64,000 nt of DNA, from the sequence record OQ990040; one strand, 5' to 3'. The notes beneath the pieces are model-generated. The model saw only the letters and a program-made list of their open reading frames with translations, ran no database searches and was not told the origin of the DNA. How positions within the stretch are numbered: the stretch's first letter is position 1; every line of letters begins with the position of its first letter. Both the position numbers and the translations under genes were made by a program. Source of the stretch: Escherichia phage SUT_E520. Positions 53,189-63,476 of the stretch are shown in pieces.

Positions 53189-54084
53189 TTTTTAATTTCT
53201 CCAAAGAAATCTATTCTCACTGGGTCTGAAGAAGCAGTAGGTATAATATCCCACTCAACTCTATACACATCTGAGAAATCTAGGCGTTTTGTAATACGTG
53301 CTGAAGGAAAATCTATAGAAATATTATTATTTCTTATATTTAAAGGTACATCTACCTCTGGTTCGACATTGTAAACCATATCTCCTGCAAAACGTTTTAA
53401 GTAATATAGAGAAATAGTTGCCGAAGCATTCATTTCATTTACATAAGCTCTTTTATTATTATAGATTTTATTTATATCAAAAACACTCTTATCTTCTCTC
53501 CAAGAGCACTGCTGCTGGAAAGATAAAGAGGCAGAGATAAGACCTGGTAAGACGCTACCATTAGTAGAAGCTATTACTGGGCTATAAGACATTACTTCAC
53601 CCTGTATAATAGAACCTGCTTCTCTATATGTAGATACTTCGGAAAATTTCCCCGATTCAATACCAACATTAAGAATTGGTATGTTCTTATCTAAAGAAAA
53701 ATCTACCGTAGATACATAACAGTTTTCAAAATATACACAGTTATTATCTTTATTTACTATATAGATATTGAACATAATAGGTTCAATATTATTACTATAT
53801 AGTGGGAGTAAGAAAGTATTACCTTTTCTATCAAAACCTAACCATTCAAAGAAGTTAGCCTCAGTAAGAGTATTACTGAAATTTACTGCTAGAGAGATAG
53901 AAGAGGGGGTTTGAGCATTTATAATAGAGTCTGCATAGTTAGTTCTACGATGAACAGTCCTACGAAGAGTCTTGAATTCCTCGTAGGAAGTCTGTATATC
54001 ATAGTTTGATAGGGCATCAAAATGAAATGCCCTACCATCATACTCAACTATAACTTTTGACTCTCTCATTAGAGAGTAGTACAT
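53185..54084 (-). CDS. minor tail protein (T5 p140-like, 299 aa)
   Basis: Size and position directly downstream of the tail tube gene. Confidence 0.5.
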   Translation of the reverse strand: MYYSLMRESKVIVEYDGRAFHFDALSNYDIQTSYEEFKTLRRTVHRRTNYADSIINAQTPSSISLAVNFSNTLTEANFFEWLGFDRKGNTFLLPLYSNNIEPIMFNIYIVNKDNNCVYFENCYVSTVDFSLDKNIPILNVGIESGKFSEVSTYREAGSIIQGEVMSYSPVIASTNGSVLPGLISASLSFQQQCSWREDKSVFDINKIYNNKRAYVNEMNASATISLYYLKRFAGDMVYNVEPEVDVPLNIRNNNISIDFPSARITKRLDFSDVYRVEWDIIPTASSDPVRIDFFGEIKK

Positions 54085-54088
54085 TTAA

Positions 54089-55495
54089 TTAGCCACCAGC
54101 AGTAACTGTAATGCTCTTAGTACCTTCTACACCAGAACCGTCTTTAGCTACAGCTTTGACAGTAACAGAACCTGTCTTAGTAGTGTCCGCAGTTAATAAA
54201 CCAGATTCTGGATCAATTGTAGCTGCATCACCACTAGAAATAGACCAAGTTACAGCACTATTAGTAGCATCTGGCGGAGTTACTTCAACAGACATCTGTA
54301 GAGTATTACTGTTCTGTACTGAAGTAGCATTACCAACAGATTTAACTGTGATTGATTCAACTAGTTTTGGTGGAGTTTTAGCTCCATCTCCTGTAGCAAT
54401 CAGATTAGCCACAGTGGTTTTAGTATACTTGTTAGAGAAACCAAGATAACCTTCATCACCAGTATCCAAATCTGTAGGGATAGCTTTAAACTCTACTGAA
54501 GTACCAAGTACATCATCAGTCTCAATAGTAGGAATGTTAACGTGAGCCTGTTTAGCAACCAGCACAGCTGCCGGACGTTCATCATCGTATTCACCACCAA
54601 GGATAAGTGCGATTTCAAACTTGTTAACTACCTTCAAGGTTTTGATAAGATCTTTGTACAGTTCCATAGAACCAAGAGATTTATCATTTAGATAGGCAGT
54701 TAGTGAACCAGTTAATTCAAATGCACCAGTAAATGAACCGATCGGAATATTTACACGGGACATAATATTCGGGGTTAGGTACGTGATGTTGTTATTAATG
54801 GTGAAAGTACCACCAGTAATAGGGATATCATATGCCTTATCAGAATCCATATCCTTAATTTTCAGGATAGTCAGTTTGTTCTTAATATAAGAACTCTGAA
54901 TAGTCATATAAGTTTCATCATCAATACCTACAGTATCAGGATCAAATGGTTGCTCATCCAAAGGAATAAGCTGGTTACCATTACCTGACCAAGTTACACG
55001 ACCAATATCCTCAATATCAACGTTAACTTCTGCCTGGTTGATCTGGCAAGAGTCGATGTAACTCCATGCTTTGTCAGTCAGGATGTAGATATGCAGCATT
55101 GCCAGTTCGTGGTACGCGTTATCTTTAAAGTTAACCATAAAATTGGTTTCGTTATTATGTGCTCCTGTGTCACCTTCTAGGTTAAGAGCTTTACCACTAG
55201 AAAGAGCGTGCCATAACATATAGTCAGGAACAATCTGTTTGTTAGTAGTTTTATCTTTATACGGAAGGATATAAGTAGAGAAACTCCACTCAGCCGCGTT
55301 TAAAGAGTCATTAAAACGTTTAGAACCACGAGTTGGACGCGGACCAGCTTCATTAACAGTAATATCTGTTGAGTTACTGTCCTGACCCCAAGAAATATCA
55401 TCCTGAACTAGAATCTCTTGCGTGTTGGTCTTATTATGACCAGTCTTAACCGTAGACACGAAGATTCGAGTATTACGTAATAGTTGTAAAGACAT
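54089..55495 (-). CDS. major tail tube protein (pb6-like) with C-terminal Ig-like (Big_2-type) domain
   Basis: 468 aa; C-terminal beta-rich TVTxxAxxG-type Ig-like segment; canonical position. Confidence 0.8.
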   Translation of the reverse strand: MSLQLLRNTRIFVSTVKTGHNKTNTQEILVQDDISWGQDSNSTDITVNEAGPRPTRGSKRFNDSLNAAEWSFSTYILPYKDKTTNKQIVPDYMLWHALSSGKALNLEGDTGAHNNETNFMVNFKDNAYHELAMLHIYILTDKAWSYIDSCQINQAEVNVDIEDIGRVTWSGNGNQLIPLDEQPFDPDTVGIDDETYMTIQSSYIKNKLTILKIKDMDSDKAYDIPITGGTFTINNNITYLTPNIMSRVNIPIGSFTGAFELTGSLTAYLNDKSLGSMELYKDLIKTLKVVNKFEIALILGGEYDDERPAAVLVAKQAHVNIPTIETDDVLGTSVEFKAIPTDLDTGDEGYLGFSNKYTKTTVANLIATGDGAKTPPKLVESITVKSVGNATSVQNSNTLQMSVEVTPPDATNSAVTWSISSGDAATIDPESGLLTADTTKTGSVTVKAVAKDGSGVEGTKSITVTAGG

Positions 55496-55521
55496 TTAAT
55501 TATTTTCTCCTAATCTGTAAC

Positions 55522-56007
55522 TTATCTGCGAAGTGACCTACGTGGAGGCTGATACCTCACTGTTACATTTATTTCTGCTAAACCATATGGGGCCAGTAGA
55601 CCCTCATCTGTACTAACTGATGTAATGATCATATCAGTTGCCTCACATGGGAAGGTCGATCCATTAGGTTTACTAACAGTATATTCTAAATTTCCACCTG
55701 TGTCAATAACGGTTTTTATATCCGCTACGAGTTTTTCAAGTTGCTCTTGAATGTCTGTTTTCTCTTTATCGTACACCAGGATTGGAAGTTCTAAAAACAT
55801 CCACTGTTGGCCTGAAGGAAGATACTGCCCAGTTTCAGTTCCGATATGAACTGCCACATAAGGAAACTCTCGTATTTCCTCAAATTTATAAGTTTGACGA
55901 GAAACGTTTCCATATAGGTTATTAAAATATTCGTCAGGTTGAGAACCGTCCAACTGTTTAGATATACGGTCAACCAGAGCTTGTGCAATACTTGTTCTAT
56001 GATCCAT
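55522..56007 (-). CDS. tail terminator protein (T5 p142-like, 161 aa)
   Basis: Size and position between head-completion and tail tube genes. Confidence 0.5.
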   Translation of the reverse strand: MDHRTSIAQALVDRISKQLDGSQPDEYFNNLYGNVSRQTYKFEEIREFPYVAVHIGTETGQYLPSGQQWMFLELPILVYDKEKTDIQEQLEKLVADIKTVIDTGGNLEYTVSKPNGSTFPCEATDMIITSVSTDEGLLAPYGLAEINVTVRYQPPRRSLRR

Positions 56008-56010
56008 TTA

Positions 56011-56778
56011 TTAGGTTCCTTGATTAACCTTGATTTTATATCTAGAGTGAATCAGGTCTCTTGCAGCTTTTGCTATAGCCTCACCAATAAGTTTTTGTGG
56101 GTTTCTAGCACCTGGGTAGGGTCGTAAAGATAATCTTCTATATGTAGATACTGCTGGATTAAATACAGAATATGGACGTACCATATAATTATACGTCACG
56201 TTTAGTTCGGGGGCACCTTTACTAGTCTCTGCATCCCTAAGCATAACATCTTTAATTTTTAGAGAATTTGCAAATCTACCAGTTCTAAACTTTAATGGCG
56301 CTCCTGCCTTTTTCATATCTTTTATCAAATATTCCTTAGCAACTATTTCAAGAATAGTACGCATATTACTATTTGATACAAAACGACCGGAAGCACCTGT
56401 TACTGCACCAGAATAACCATCTTCCACATCTCTAGGATCACCGAAGTTTACCTGTACTCTACCTGTAGAACGTTTTTTACCTACAGCAGATTTTTTACCA
56501 GCGGTTGCTTGTATTAAGTTCTCTAGAGCACCTAAATCTCCCGAAAGATCTAAACTAGAGGATACCGCTTTTAGTATAGAGGCTGTTCTAACATCAAGAA
56601 GATCTTGTGATACGGGTTTTGAAAACTTAAAAGATACTTGAGCAACAGTACCATCTCTGGTAGGATCTTTTAACCCTGTCTCAACAGAGTACACAACAGT
56701 ATTCTTATTATTTTCAGATCGTCCTGCAGTATCTAGCTGCTCTTTAATAATTTGTTTAGCTAGATCGGAAAGAGACAT
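56011..56778 (-). CDS. tail completion / neck protein (255 aa)
   Basis: Position in the head-to-tail joining module. Confidence 0.45.
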   Translation of the reverse strand: MSLSDLAKQIIKEQLDTAGRSENNKNTVVYSVETGLKDPTRDGTVAQVSFKFSKPVSQDLLDVRTASILKAVSSSLDLSGDLGALENLIQATAGKKSAVGKKRSTGRVQVNFGDPRDVEDGYSGAVTGASGRFVSNSNMRTILEIVAKEYLIKDMKKAGAPLKFRTGRFANSLKIKDVMLRDAETSKGAPELNVTYNYMVRPYSVFNPAVSTYRRLSLRPYPGARNPQKLIGEAIAKAARDLIHSRYKIKVNQGT

Positions 56779-57290
56779 TATACTCTCCTGTATACTTCAA
56801 TAATAGTACGAATATGCTCTGGAATACCAGACTTAGTGCTATTGAAGGTTACTGTTTCACCACCAATTGTTTTAGCTTGGCGATAATCTTGTTTATGCCA
56901 ATGATCTACTAGCATACACGCTGCTAACTTAAGATCTTCAGGCACTGGGTTAAATCCACCTTGTGTATACGCTACGTCCATATAACCTTCTGGAGGATTA
57001 AATTTGAGAAGGATAATACCGTCAGAGTATAGTTTATACTGCTCTGGGTCAATCTCATTATCATTAATCGTCACTTTAGTTACGGAGGTAGCAGATGGTG
57101 AACTCAGAAAATATTTCCTACGTGTAGGTTTTGTATTGATTAACTGGTCTACCGCATCAGCATCATCCATGCCTAGAAGGCTCGTAATCAGCGCATTGGC
57201 AGCAGTAATCATCATTTCTACACCGGATTCTAGTTCAGGTCGCTTTAAGCTACCATATAATCTATAATCTTCGGCTGTAATGATTTGCAT
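56778..57290 (-). CDS. head completion / head-tail connector protein (170 aa)
   Basis: Position immediately after the capsid gene; ATGA-type overlap with the next gene. Confidence 0.5.
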   Translation of the reverse strand: MQIITAEDYRLYGSLKRPELESGVEMMITAANALITSLLGMDDADAVDQLINTKPTRRKYFLSSPSATSVTKVTINDNEIDPEQYKLYSDGIILLKFNPPEGYMDVAYTQGGFNPVPEDLKLAACMLVDHWHKQDYRQAKTIGGETVTFNSTKSGIPEHIRTIIEVYRRV

Positions 57291-57350
57291 TTATTTTTCC
57301 CCAATAAAAAAGGAGAGCCGAAGCTCTCCTTATCGGCTGAAAAGCCTGTA

Positions 57351-58727
57351 TTAAGATGCAGCGTAAGCACCAGATACAACGCCGTTATTAAAGTAACGTT
57401 GCAGGTTAACACGCTGAGTAACGTAGTACGCATCACGCTGTTTACCAGCTTGGCGCTCACGTTCAACAGTAACAGCACGCTGACGCGGCATTACGAAGTT
57501 ATCTTTATAAACAATAACTGCGAACTCTGCAGAGTTAGCTTTAGCCGGGAAGAACTCAGAAACTACAACCGGCAGACCGTAAATACGACCAACCTGACCT
57601 TGCAGTTTAACAGCATCATTACCAACTTGGGCAACATCCTGCCATTCTTCATCTTCCAGCAGATCGTAATAAGCATCCATAGATACAATCAGTACCAGTT
57701 TGCTCAGTTTCAGACCATGACGGCCCAGTTTACGGCGCAGTTTAGAGATAGTTTTAGCAGTTACCAGAACAGAACCATCAGCTTTAGCTTCAGTAATAAC
57801 TTTAGCACTATCGCCTTCAGCCAGTTTCAGCAGACCCTTAGGCTTACCAGTACCGTCACCAGTCATGAAAGCTTCTTCGATAGAAACAGCGTGTGCTTCA
57901 ATCAGACGCTTACGCAGCAGCGGTAGCAGGGAGAAGATTGCATCTTCTTCAGTTTCATCAGTAATGAAGGACTTAGCAGCCAGTTTATAGGTTTTGAACT
58001 GAATTTCAGTCAGAGCACCTTTAACTTCGTCACCAGTAGTAGCATCAGTACCATATGCGCTAGCATCTACCCAAGTAGCTTTACCAGCATCTGGTTCAAC
58101 CAGCATAGTAAGAATTTTGCTGGACATTGGCAGTTCTTCAAACAGAGCACCAACTACTAGTTCTTTCTGCAGGTCACGAATAATACGCTGGGAGAAAATA
58201 GTTTCGTAGCTTTCACTAGAAACTTCTACTGAAGAGGACTGGTTTACAGTTTTCAGGTGTCTCTGGCCATGTTCGGTATCAAATACACCTTTTTCCATCA
58301 CGTAAGACAGAAGAACCAGTTTTTCAACTTCATCTTCAAAGTTTTCCTGAGTACCGTACAGTGCTTTAGCTACGCTATCACCAACGAAGGAACGACCTTC
58401 ACGAGCTGCTAGCAGAGATTTGATTTCGTCCTGAAGACCAACAATAGTTTCCTGCTGTTTTTCTACAGTCTGTGCAAACAGTTCTGCGCTCTTCTTAGAT
58501 TTCTCATCCAGGGATTTAACCAGTTCCAGAGCTTCTTCTAGCTTCTGACGATCTTCGCCAACTGCTTTAGAAACCAGGTCATTCATACGAGCCAGTTCTT
58601 TTTCTTCCTGCTCTTTACGCATACGTTCAGCTTCAGCAGCTTTCTGAGCAGCGGTCAGACCTTCCAGAGATTTAGCCAGATCACCCAGACCAAGTTCTTC
58701 TTTCAGCTTATTAATATCAATAGTCAT
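57351..58727 (-). CDS. major capsid protein precursor with N-terminal scaffold (delta) domain (pb8-like, 458 aa)
   Basis: N-terminal about 150 aa is a charged coiled-coil followed by an HK97-fold-like body; length matches T5 pb8 as I recall it; optimal-codon bias; hairpin plus T-run downstream. Confidence 0.9.
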   Translation of the reverse strand: MTIDINKLKEELGLGDLAKSLEGLTAAQKAAEAERMRKEQEEKELARMNDLVSKAVGEDRQKLEEALELVKSLDEKSKKSAELFAQTVEKQQETIVGLQDEIKSLLAAREGRSFVGDSVAKALYGTQENFEDEVEKLVLLSYVMEKGVFDTEHGQRHLKTVNQSSSVEVSSESYETIFSQRIIRDLQKELVVGALFEELPMSSKILTMLVEPDAGKATWVDASAYGTDATTGDEVKGALTEIQFKTYKLAAKSFITDETEEDAIFSLLPLLRKRLIEAHAVSIEEAFMTGDGTGKPKGLLKLAEGDSAKVITEAKADGSVLVTAKTISKLRRKLGRHGLKLSKLVLIVSMDAYYDLLEDEEWQDVAQVGNDAVKLQGQVGRIYGLPVVVSEFFPAKANSAEFAVIVYKDNFVMPRQRAVTVERERQAGKQRDAYYVTQRVNLQRYFNNGVVSGAYAAS

Positions 58728-58744
58728 TTTTAAATAATTCTCCG

Positions 58745-59377
58745 TTATTCTTTAACGTAGCCTAAAGCTATCGCAAGTTTTTCTAGTTCAGAAAGATTAC
58801 GTTCTTGAGCTGGGACAGCTTTAGAACTTATTGCAGTAAAAGATTTACGCCATTCAGTATAATCATGACCATTCATACTCTTAGCGAGATTGAATGTTGA
58901 GTCCTGATTACAAGGTACAGAAACTACCGAAACTTCGTATAGTTCTAAATCTTTAATAATAAATATATCAGTAGCTTCATCCCACTCTGCATCTAGGCAG
59001 CGGAATCCGATACTAAAAGTTTTCAGTACACCGTTTTTAATTAGCGAAAAGATAGCCGGGTCAGAACTTTCATAGATCTCACATTCGATTTCGAGACCCA
59101 TTTCAGTAGGATTAAGATCAATACACTTGCCGATTGGACGACGATGGTCGTGTCCGAAAAGAATAATCGGGTTTTTCATGTAGTTAGCAAGTGCATTAGA
59201 TGTTTTCCATGCAGAGGCAGGAATTACATCACCAGCGCGATCTTTACTAATTGTATTAGCGAATCCACGGATTTTTACAACACCCTCTTTGGATTCGCTA
59301 TCAATAGATTTAATATAAGCATCTAAATGAACCGGTGCTGATTTTAACTTGTTATAGTCAATAGCAGCTTGTGTCAT
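58745..59377 (-). CDS. prohead maturation protease (pb11-like, 210 aa)
   Basis: Position between decoration and capsid genes; size matches T5 pb11. Confidence 0.75.
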   Translation of the reverse strand: MTQAAIDYNKLKSAPVHLDAYIKSIDSESKEGVVKIRGFANTISKDRAGDVIPASAWKTSNALANYMKNPIILFGHDHRRPIGKCIDLNPTEMGLEIECEIYESSDPAIFSLIKNGVLKTFSIGFRCLDAEWDEATDIFIIKDLELYEVSVVSVPCNQDSTFNLAKSMNGHDYTEWRKSFTAISSKAVPAQERNLSELEKLAIALGYVKE

Positions 59378-59380
59378 TTA

Positions 59381-59863
59381 TTAGCCTCCAACACCGGGAT
59401 TAACCGTTACTGTGCATGCAGTAGAAGGTTTACTAACTTTCTTGCTATCTGTAACCGTTACTTTATAGACTCCCGAATCATCAGTAGCTGCTGCAGGCTT
59501 AGTATAGGTAGCTCCTGAAGCATCTGGAATAGGAGAACCATCTTTAGTCCATGCATAAGTATAAGGACCAGTTCCGCCGGTTGCAGTAACAGAAAGTGTT
59601 AATGCTGTACCTTCTGTAATAGACATACTAGCAGTTAAATCTTTAGAAAGAGTTAATGGTGGAGCAGGAGGAACTGCTTTACCATAAGCCTCTACAAATT
59701 TCTTCCATACTTTACGGTTAGTATGCGCAGATGAAAGTCCTAGTTCTCTACGCAGAAAAGCATAGCTAGGAACATATTTATGCGCAGCAACCGTAGCAAA
59801 GAAGATATGAGATTCTGGTAGTTTTTCACCAAAAATGGTCTTTAGACCATTATAATCAATCAT
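59381..59863 (-). CDS. capsid decoration protein (pb10-like) with C-terminal Ig-like domain
   Basis: 160 aa; C-terminal TLSVTATGGTGPYTYAWTKDGSPI...GVYKVTVTD Ig-like motif. Confidence 0.7.
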   Translation of the reverse strand: MIDYNGLKTIFGEKLPESHIFFATVAAHKYVPSYAFLRRELGLSSAHTNRKVWKKFVEAYGKAVPPAPPLTLSKDLTASMSITEGTALTLSVTATGGTGPYTYAWTKDGSPIPDASGATYTKPAAATDDSGVYKVTVTDSKKVSKPSTACTVTVNPGVGG

Positions 59864-61431
59864 TCTTTATCTCCCTCGGTGGAACCTTGAGGTCTGCCAC
59901 CTTCTTGACCAGATACACCTGTTACAGAACCAGCAACGTTAGCAGGAATACGAATCTTATCCATCTGCTCATCATCTAAAGGTTCAAGGTTCAGCTCTAA
60001 ACGAGCTTCGTTACCAGTCATAATACCATTATTAACCAATGAGGTTAAATGTTTAGCCTCAGCTTCTTTATCTGGTGTTAATGCAGCTACTTCCTTAGTA
60101 TTAGGAGTAATCTTATAACCAAAAAAGAAAGTAAGAGAACTAGTCAGTTTGTTCAGCATAGGAATGATAGTCATATAATAGAACAGTTCGATATTTGGTC
60201 GAATGTTCGCATTATTACCACCATCAAGCAGTACTTGCGGAACACCAAAGGCTAGACAGATAGATTTATTAAATCCTTCAATGTCTTCCTTGAAGTCTAG
60301 GTCTTTAAAAGAGGATATTTGGGAGTACGGTTTAGCTTTCATACCACCATCTAGAATCAGGACAGAGGACTGACCAGTACTAGGATTATAATCTAGTTGT
60401 AATTCTTCTTGTTTACGCTCACGCAATTTCTTGTTCAGGATTTCATCCGTCTCAAGAATAAGACCAATCACNNNNNNNNNNNNNNNNNNNNNNNNNNNNN
60501 NNNNNNNNNNNNNNNNNNNNNNNNNNNNNNNNNNNNNNNNNNNNNNNNNNNNNNNNNNNNNNNNNNNNNNNAGTTGTAATTCTTCTTGTTTACGCTCACG
60601 CAATTTCTTGTTCAGGATTTCATCCGTCTCAAGAATAAGACCAATCACAGTTCCATTATCGAGGAATTTCTCTTTAAAGTTAAGCATCTTAGAACGCTTC
60701 TCAAGAGAGTCAATAACAGTAGCAACACGAGATTGTCCAGAAATTTGAGAATTTGTGCCACACACGTAACTGTTATCCTTTATAAAGATAATCTCATCTA
60801 CGCGATAGTCTATCTGGTTATTAAATATAAATTTTTTGATAAACTTATTGGCATCTGCCTCTACTTGCATTAATGCAGCAGGGACATGGTAAAGTGCTGT
60901 GCCATCCCAATAGATGTATGCACAACCTTCAAAAAGTAGGTCAGTGACTACAAGTCTACGGAATGTGCTTATATNNNNNNNNNNNNNNNNNNNNNNNNNN
61001 NNNNNNNNNNNNNNNNNNNNNNNNNNNNNNNNNNNNNNNNNNNNNNNNNNNNNNNNNNNNNNNNNNNNNNNNNNTGTGCCATCCCAATAGATGTATGCAC
61101 AACCTTCAAAAAGTAGGTCAGTGACTACAAGTCTACGGAATGTGCTTATATCCATGAATGGATTAGGTCGTACATTTAAGAGAGTGTCTAGAGTCTTTGC
61201 CTTGATGCCATTGGCATACGTGACAATATTATATTTATCTCCGACAGTATAAGAACACTCCGCCGCACTATCTATAACCATATTAGCAGTTCTATTGAGA
61301 ATCTCAATTTTACTGTAGGCTTGTCCAGTGGTAAAAGGCTTACGGTTAGTGCGATGACTAACTGGTTCCATGTCTCTTATAATACGTTGACCCGGATTTA
61401 GCTTTTCAGTAATCCAGCTTTTAAAACCCAT
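59860..61431 (-). CDS. portal protein; inflated by two artefactual duplications
   Basis: Position after terminase; corrected length 523 - 2x59 = 405 aa. Confidence 0.8.
   Translation of the reverse strand: MGFKSWITEKLNPGQRIIRDMEPVSHRTNRKPFTTGQAYSKIEILNRTANMVIDSAAECSYTVGDKYNIVTYANGIKAKTLDTLLNVRPNPFMDISTFRRLVVTDLLFEGCAYIYWDGTXXXXXXXXXXXXXXXXXXXXXXXXXXXXXXXXXXISTFRRLVVTDLLFEGCAYIYWDGTALYHVPAALMQVEADANKFIKKFIFNNQIDYRVDEIIFIKDNSYVCGTNSQISGQSRVATVIDSLEKRSKMLNFKEKFLDNGTVIGLILETDEILNKKLRERKQEELQXXXXXXXXXXXXXXXXXXXXXXXXXXXXXXXXXXVIGLILETDEILNKKLRERKQEELQLDYNPSTGQSSVLILDGGMKAKPYSQISSFKDLDFKEDIEGFNKSICLAFGVPQVLLDGGNNANIRPNIELFYYMTIIPMLNKLTSSLTFFFGYKITPNTKEVAALTPDKEAEAKHLTSLVNNGIMTGNEARLELNLEPLDDEQMDKIRIPANVAGSVTGVSGQEGGRPQGSTEGDKE
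60472..60571. other. N-run flanked by identical 77-nt copies
   Basis: AGTTGTAATTCTTCTTGTTTACGC...GACCAATCAC repeated on both sides. Confidence 0.9.
60975..61074. other. N-run flanked by identical 77-nt copies
   Basis: TGTGCCATCCCAATAGATGTATGC...GTGCTTATAT repeated on both sides. Confidence 0.9.
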
Positions 61432-62132
61432 TATAAGAACCTTGCGAATCCTGATTTTGTTTCAGTCTTGACTTGTGTCTTTTCTTGAGGATTCTGTAAT
61501 TTGTCTTTCTGCTTTTGAACCCACANNNNNNNNNNNNNNNNNNNNNNNNNNNNNNNNNNNNNNNNNNNNNNNNNNNNNNNNNNNNNNNNNNNNNNNNNNN
61601 NNNNNNNNNNNNNNNNNNNNNNNNNTCCTGATTTTGTTTCAGTCTTGACTTGTGTCTTTTCTTGAGGATTCTGTAATTTGTCTTTCTGCTTTTGAACCCA
61701 CACTTTTTGCTTATTAGCAGAAAATAAAGGAGGTTCTTTTGTGTAAACCTTATGTAATAATTGGTGATGGTGTACACAAAGGGTAACAGTGTCTTCTACT
61801 AGCTCATGCCTATATCGATCATAGAATGCCGTCCTATTTGAAAGGACTATTTCTTCGTCAGTGAAATCCAATTGGAGTTCTTTAGCAAATTTTTTAACTA
61901 GTAGAGACACCGTATGGTAATGATGAAGCTCTAATTCTTCAGCACAACCGCAGATAGCACATTGAGAGTCTTTTTTATATTGACTTTTTATTCCGTCTCT
62001 CATAAGGGATATAGCATCGCGTTTATATTTTATATTGCTTGCCATAGTGTTCTCCTCAACTGTATGAATATAGTATACATAATCGTATCGAATTTGTAAA
62101 GGGGATTTTAAAATGCAGGAATGGGATACCAA
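61431..62132 (-). CDS. hypothetical Cys/His-rich protein; inflated by one artefactual duplication
   Basis: CAICGC...HHYH...CVHHHQLLH cluster suggests metal binding; lies between terminase and portal genes. Confidence 0.45.
   Translation of the reverse strand: MVSHSCILKSPLQIRYDYVYYIHTVEENTMASNIKYKRDAISLMRDGIKSQYKKDSQCAICGCAEELELHHYHTVSLLVKKFAKELQLDFTDEEIVLSNRTAFYDRYRHELVEDTVTLCVHHHQLLHKVYTKEPPLFSANKQKVWVQKQKDKLQNPQEKTQVKTETKSGXXXXXXXXXXXXXXXXXXXXXXXXXXXXXXXXXXWVQKQKDKLQNPQEKTQVKTETKSGFARFL
61525..61625. other. N-run flanked by identical 77-nt copies
   Basis: TCCTGATTTTGTTTCAGTCTTGAC...TGAACCCACA repeated on both sides. Confidence 0.9.
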
Positions 62133-62159
62133 CTGAGTAGTATCCCTTCCTATACTTAT

Positions 62160-63476
62160 TTATTTACCACGGGAAATAGAGTAAATTCCATAGCGCAGAG
62201 CATCACAGAGGTGAGAGTTAGCATCATGACGTGGTTTTTCACGTGATAATTTTTCTTCACCTTCTTGGAAATCCCACTTGTAATTCTGCAATGCGTGAAT
62301 TAATGAGGAACATGAAGCATCCACAATAATCTTGCCTTGTTGGAATAGTGCTTGTAAACATGCTAATCCATCTAGGACAGATTTTTTAGCTGGAGCCGAT
62401 GCAATTTCATGTTCATAAGCTAAGTCCTGACGGAACTGAGCTGCGGCAGAGTCAACAAAAACACGATCAACTTTATAACGATCTATACAGTGCTGAATAT
62501 ACGTAGCATGCTGAGCTGTGGTTTTCTCCGCCTGCTGGTACTCTTCTAATACATAGTAAGTATCCGTATCGTAATGATATTTAATAGTAAGAACTGCTGT
62601 AGGATCACGATAACCAACGTCAATACCAAGCAATGTTTCGAATGCTTCATCATCTTTAAAGAAGTGACGCATACCTTTAAGGTCTTTAACATGGTCTATA
62701 GCATTAAAGGTATCGAAGATCTGACCTTCGAATACAGAGAAGTCAGCCTCGTATTCTTGGCGAAAGTAGTTTTTACTAACTGTACGACGTGCTTCTTCGA
62801 TATCATTCAGATCAGCACGTGGGTTATCACGATATGTACCATGAATAGATACCCAGTTAGGTAATGTATCATCAAATCCGTAGGCATAAAACTCTTTAAA
62901 CCAGTTACCACCACGAGGAGTAGAGATAAATAGAGCCTTAGAGTTTGGTTTATCTAGGGTAGGACGCAACTGAACTCTAAAGGCATCACCACCCACATCG
63001 GAAATTGCCGCCTCATCAAAGATGATAAAGTCATATGAACGTCCAACTGCGGAGTCAGCCTGAGCTGCAGAAGCTAGTTTAAACAGTGAGCCGTTTGCCA
63101 GCTCAATCTCTTTATCTTTAGCATTCTCACGTTCGGTTTGTAGGCCATATTTTTTAATAAGACCCCGAATCTGAGACCATCCGATGTTGGCTAGTGAGTA
63201 GTTAGGGGCAACTACTAACACTTTCACATTAGGTTCCAACAATTTTAGGAACCCAAGTGTGTATGCGATGAAGGATTTACCTACACGGCGTGATACACAC
63301 GCCGTTACAAAACGATGTCTAGGGTCCTCTAAAGCATTGATGATTGCTATTTGAGGACCATTAGGTGTAATACCTTCTTGTGCTAGTATTCCCGAAACAG
63401 GTAAACGAAAGAAACGTTTGTCTATTCCGAAATCAATAACATCTACTGTGTTAACGTAGGGTCTTGATACTTCCAT
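62160..63476 (-). CDS. terminase large subunit
   Basis: 438 aa; Walker A VSRRVGKSF, Walker B FIIFDEAA, C-terminal nuclease-like acidic residues. Confidence 0.9.
   Translation of the reverse strand: MEVSRPYVNTVDVIDFGIDKRFFRLPVSGILAQEGITPNGPQIAIINALEDPRHRFVTACVSRRVGKSFIAYTLGFLKLLEPNVKVLVVAPNYSLANIGWSQIRGLIKKYGLQTERENAKDKEIELANGSLFKLASAAQADSAVGRSYDFIIFDEAAISDVGGDAFRVQLRPTLDKPNSKALFISTPRGGNWFKEFYAYGFDDTLPNWVSIHGTYRDNPRADLNDIEEARRTVSKNYFRQEYEADFSVFEGQIFDTFNAIDHVKDLKGMRHFFKDDEAFETLLGIDVGYRDPTAVLTIKYHYDTDTYYVLEEYQQAEKTTAQHATYIQHCIDRYKVDRVFVDSAAAQFRQDLAYEHEIASAPAKKSVLDGLACLQALFQQGKIIVDASCSSLIHALQNYKWDFQEGEEKLSREKPRHDANSHLCDALRYGIYSISRGK

Noticed and set aside
34560-61702. Repeat/unique/repeat pattern that could superficially resemble a CRISPR-like array
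   Set aside because: The unique part is N only, repeats are exactly 77 nt and differ at each site, and they lie inside conserved genes; this is an assembly artefact.
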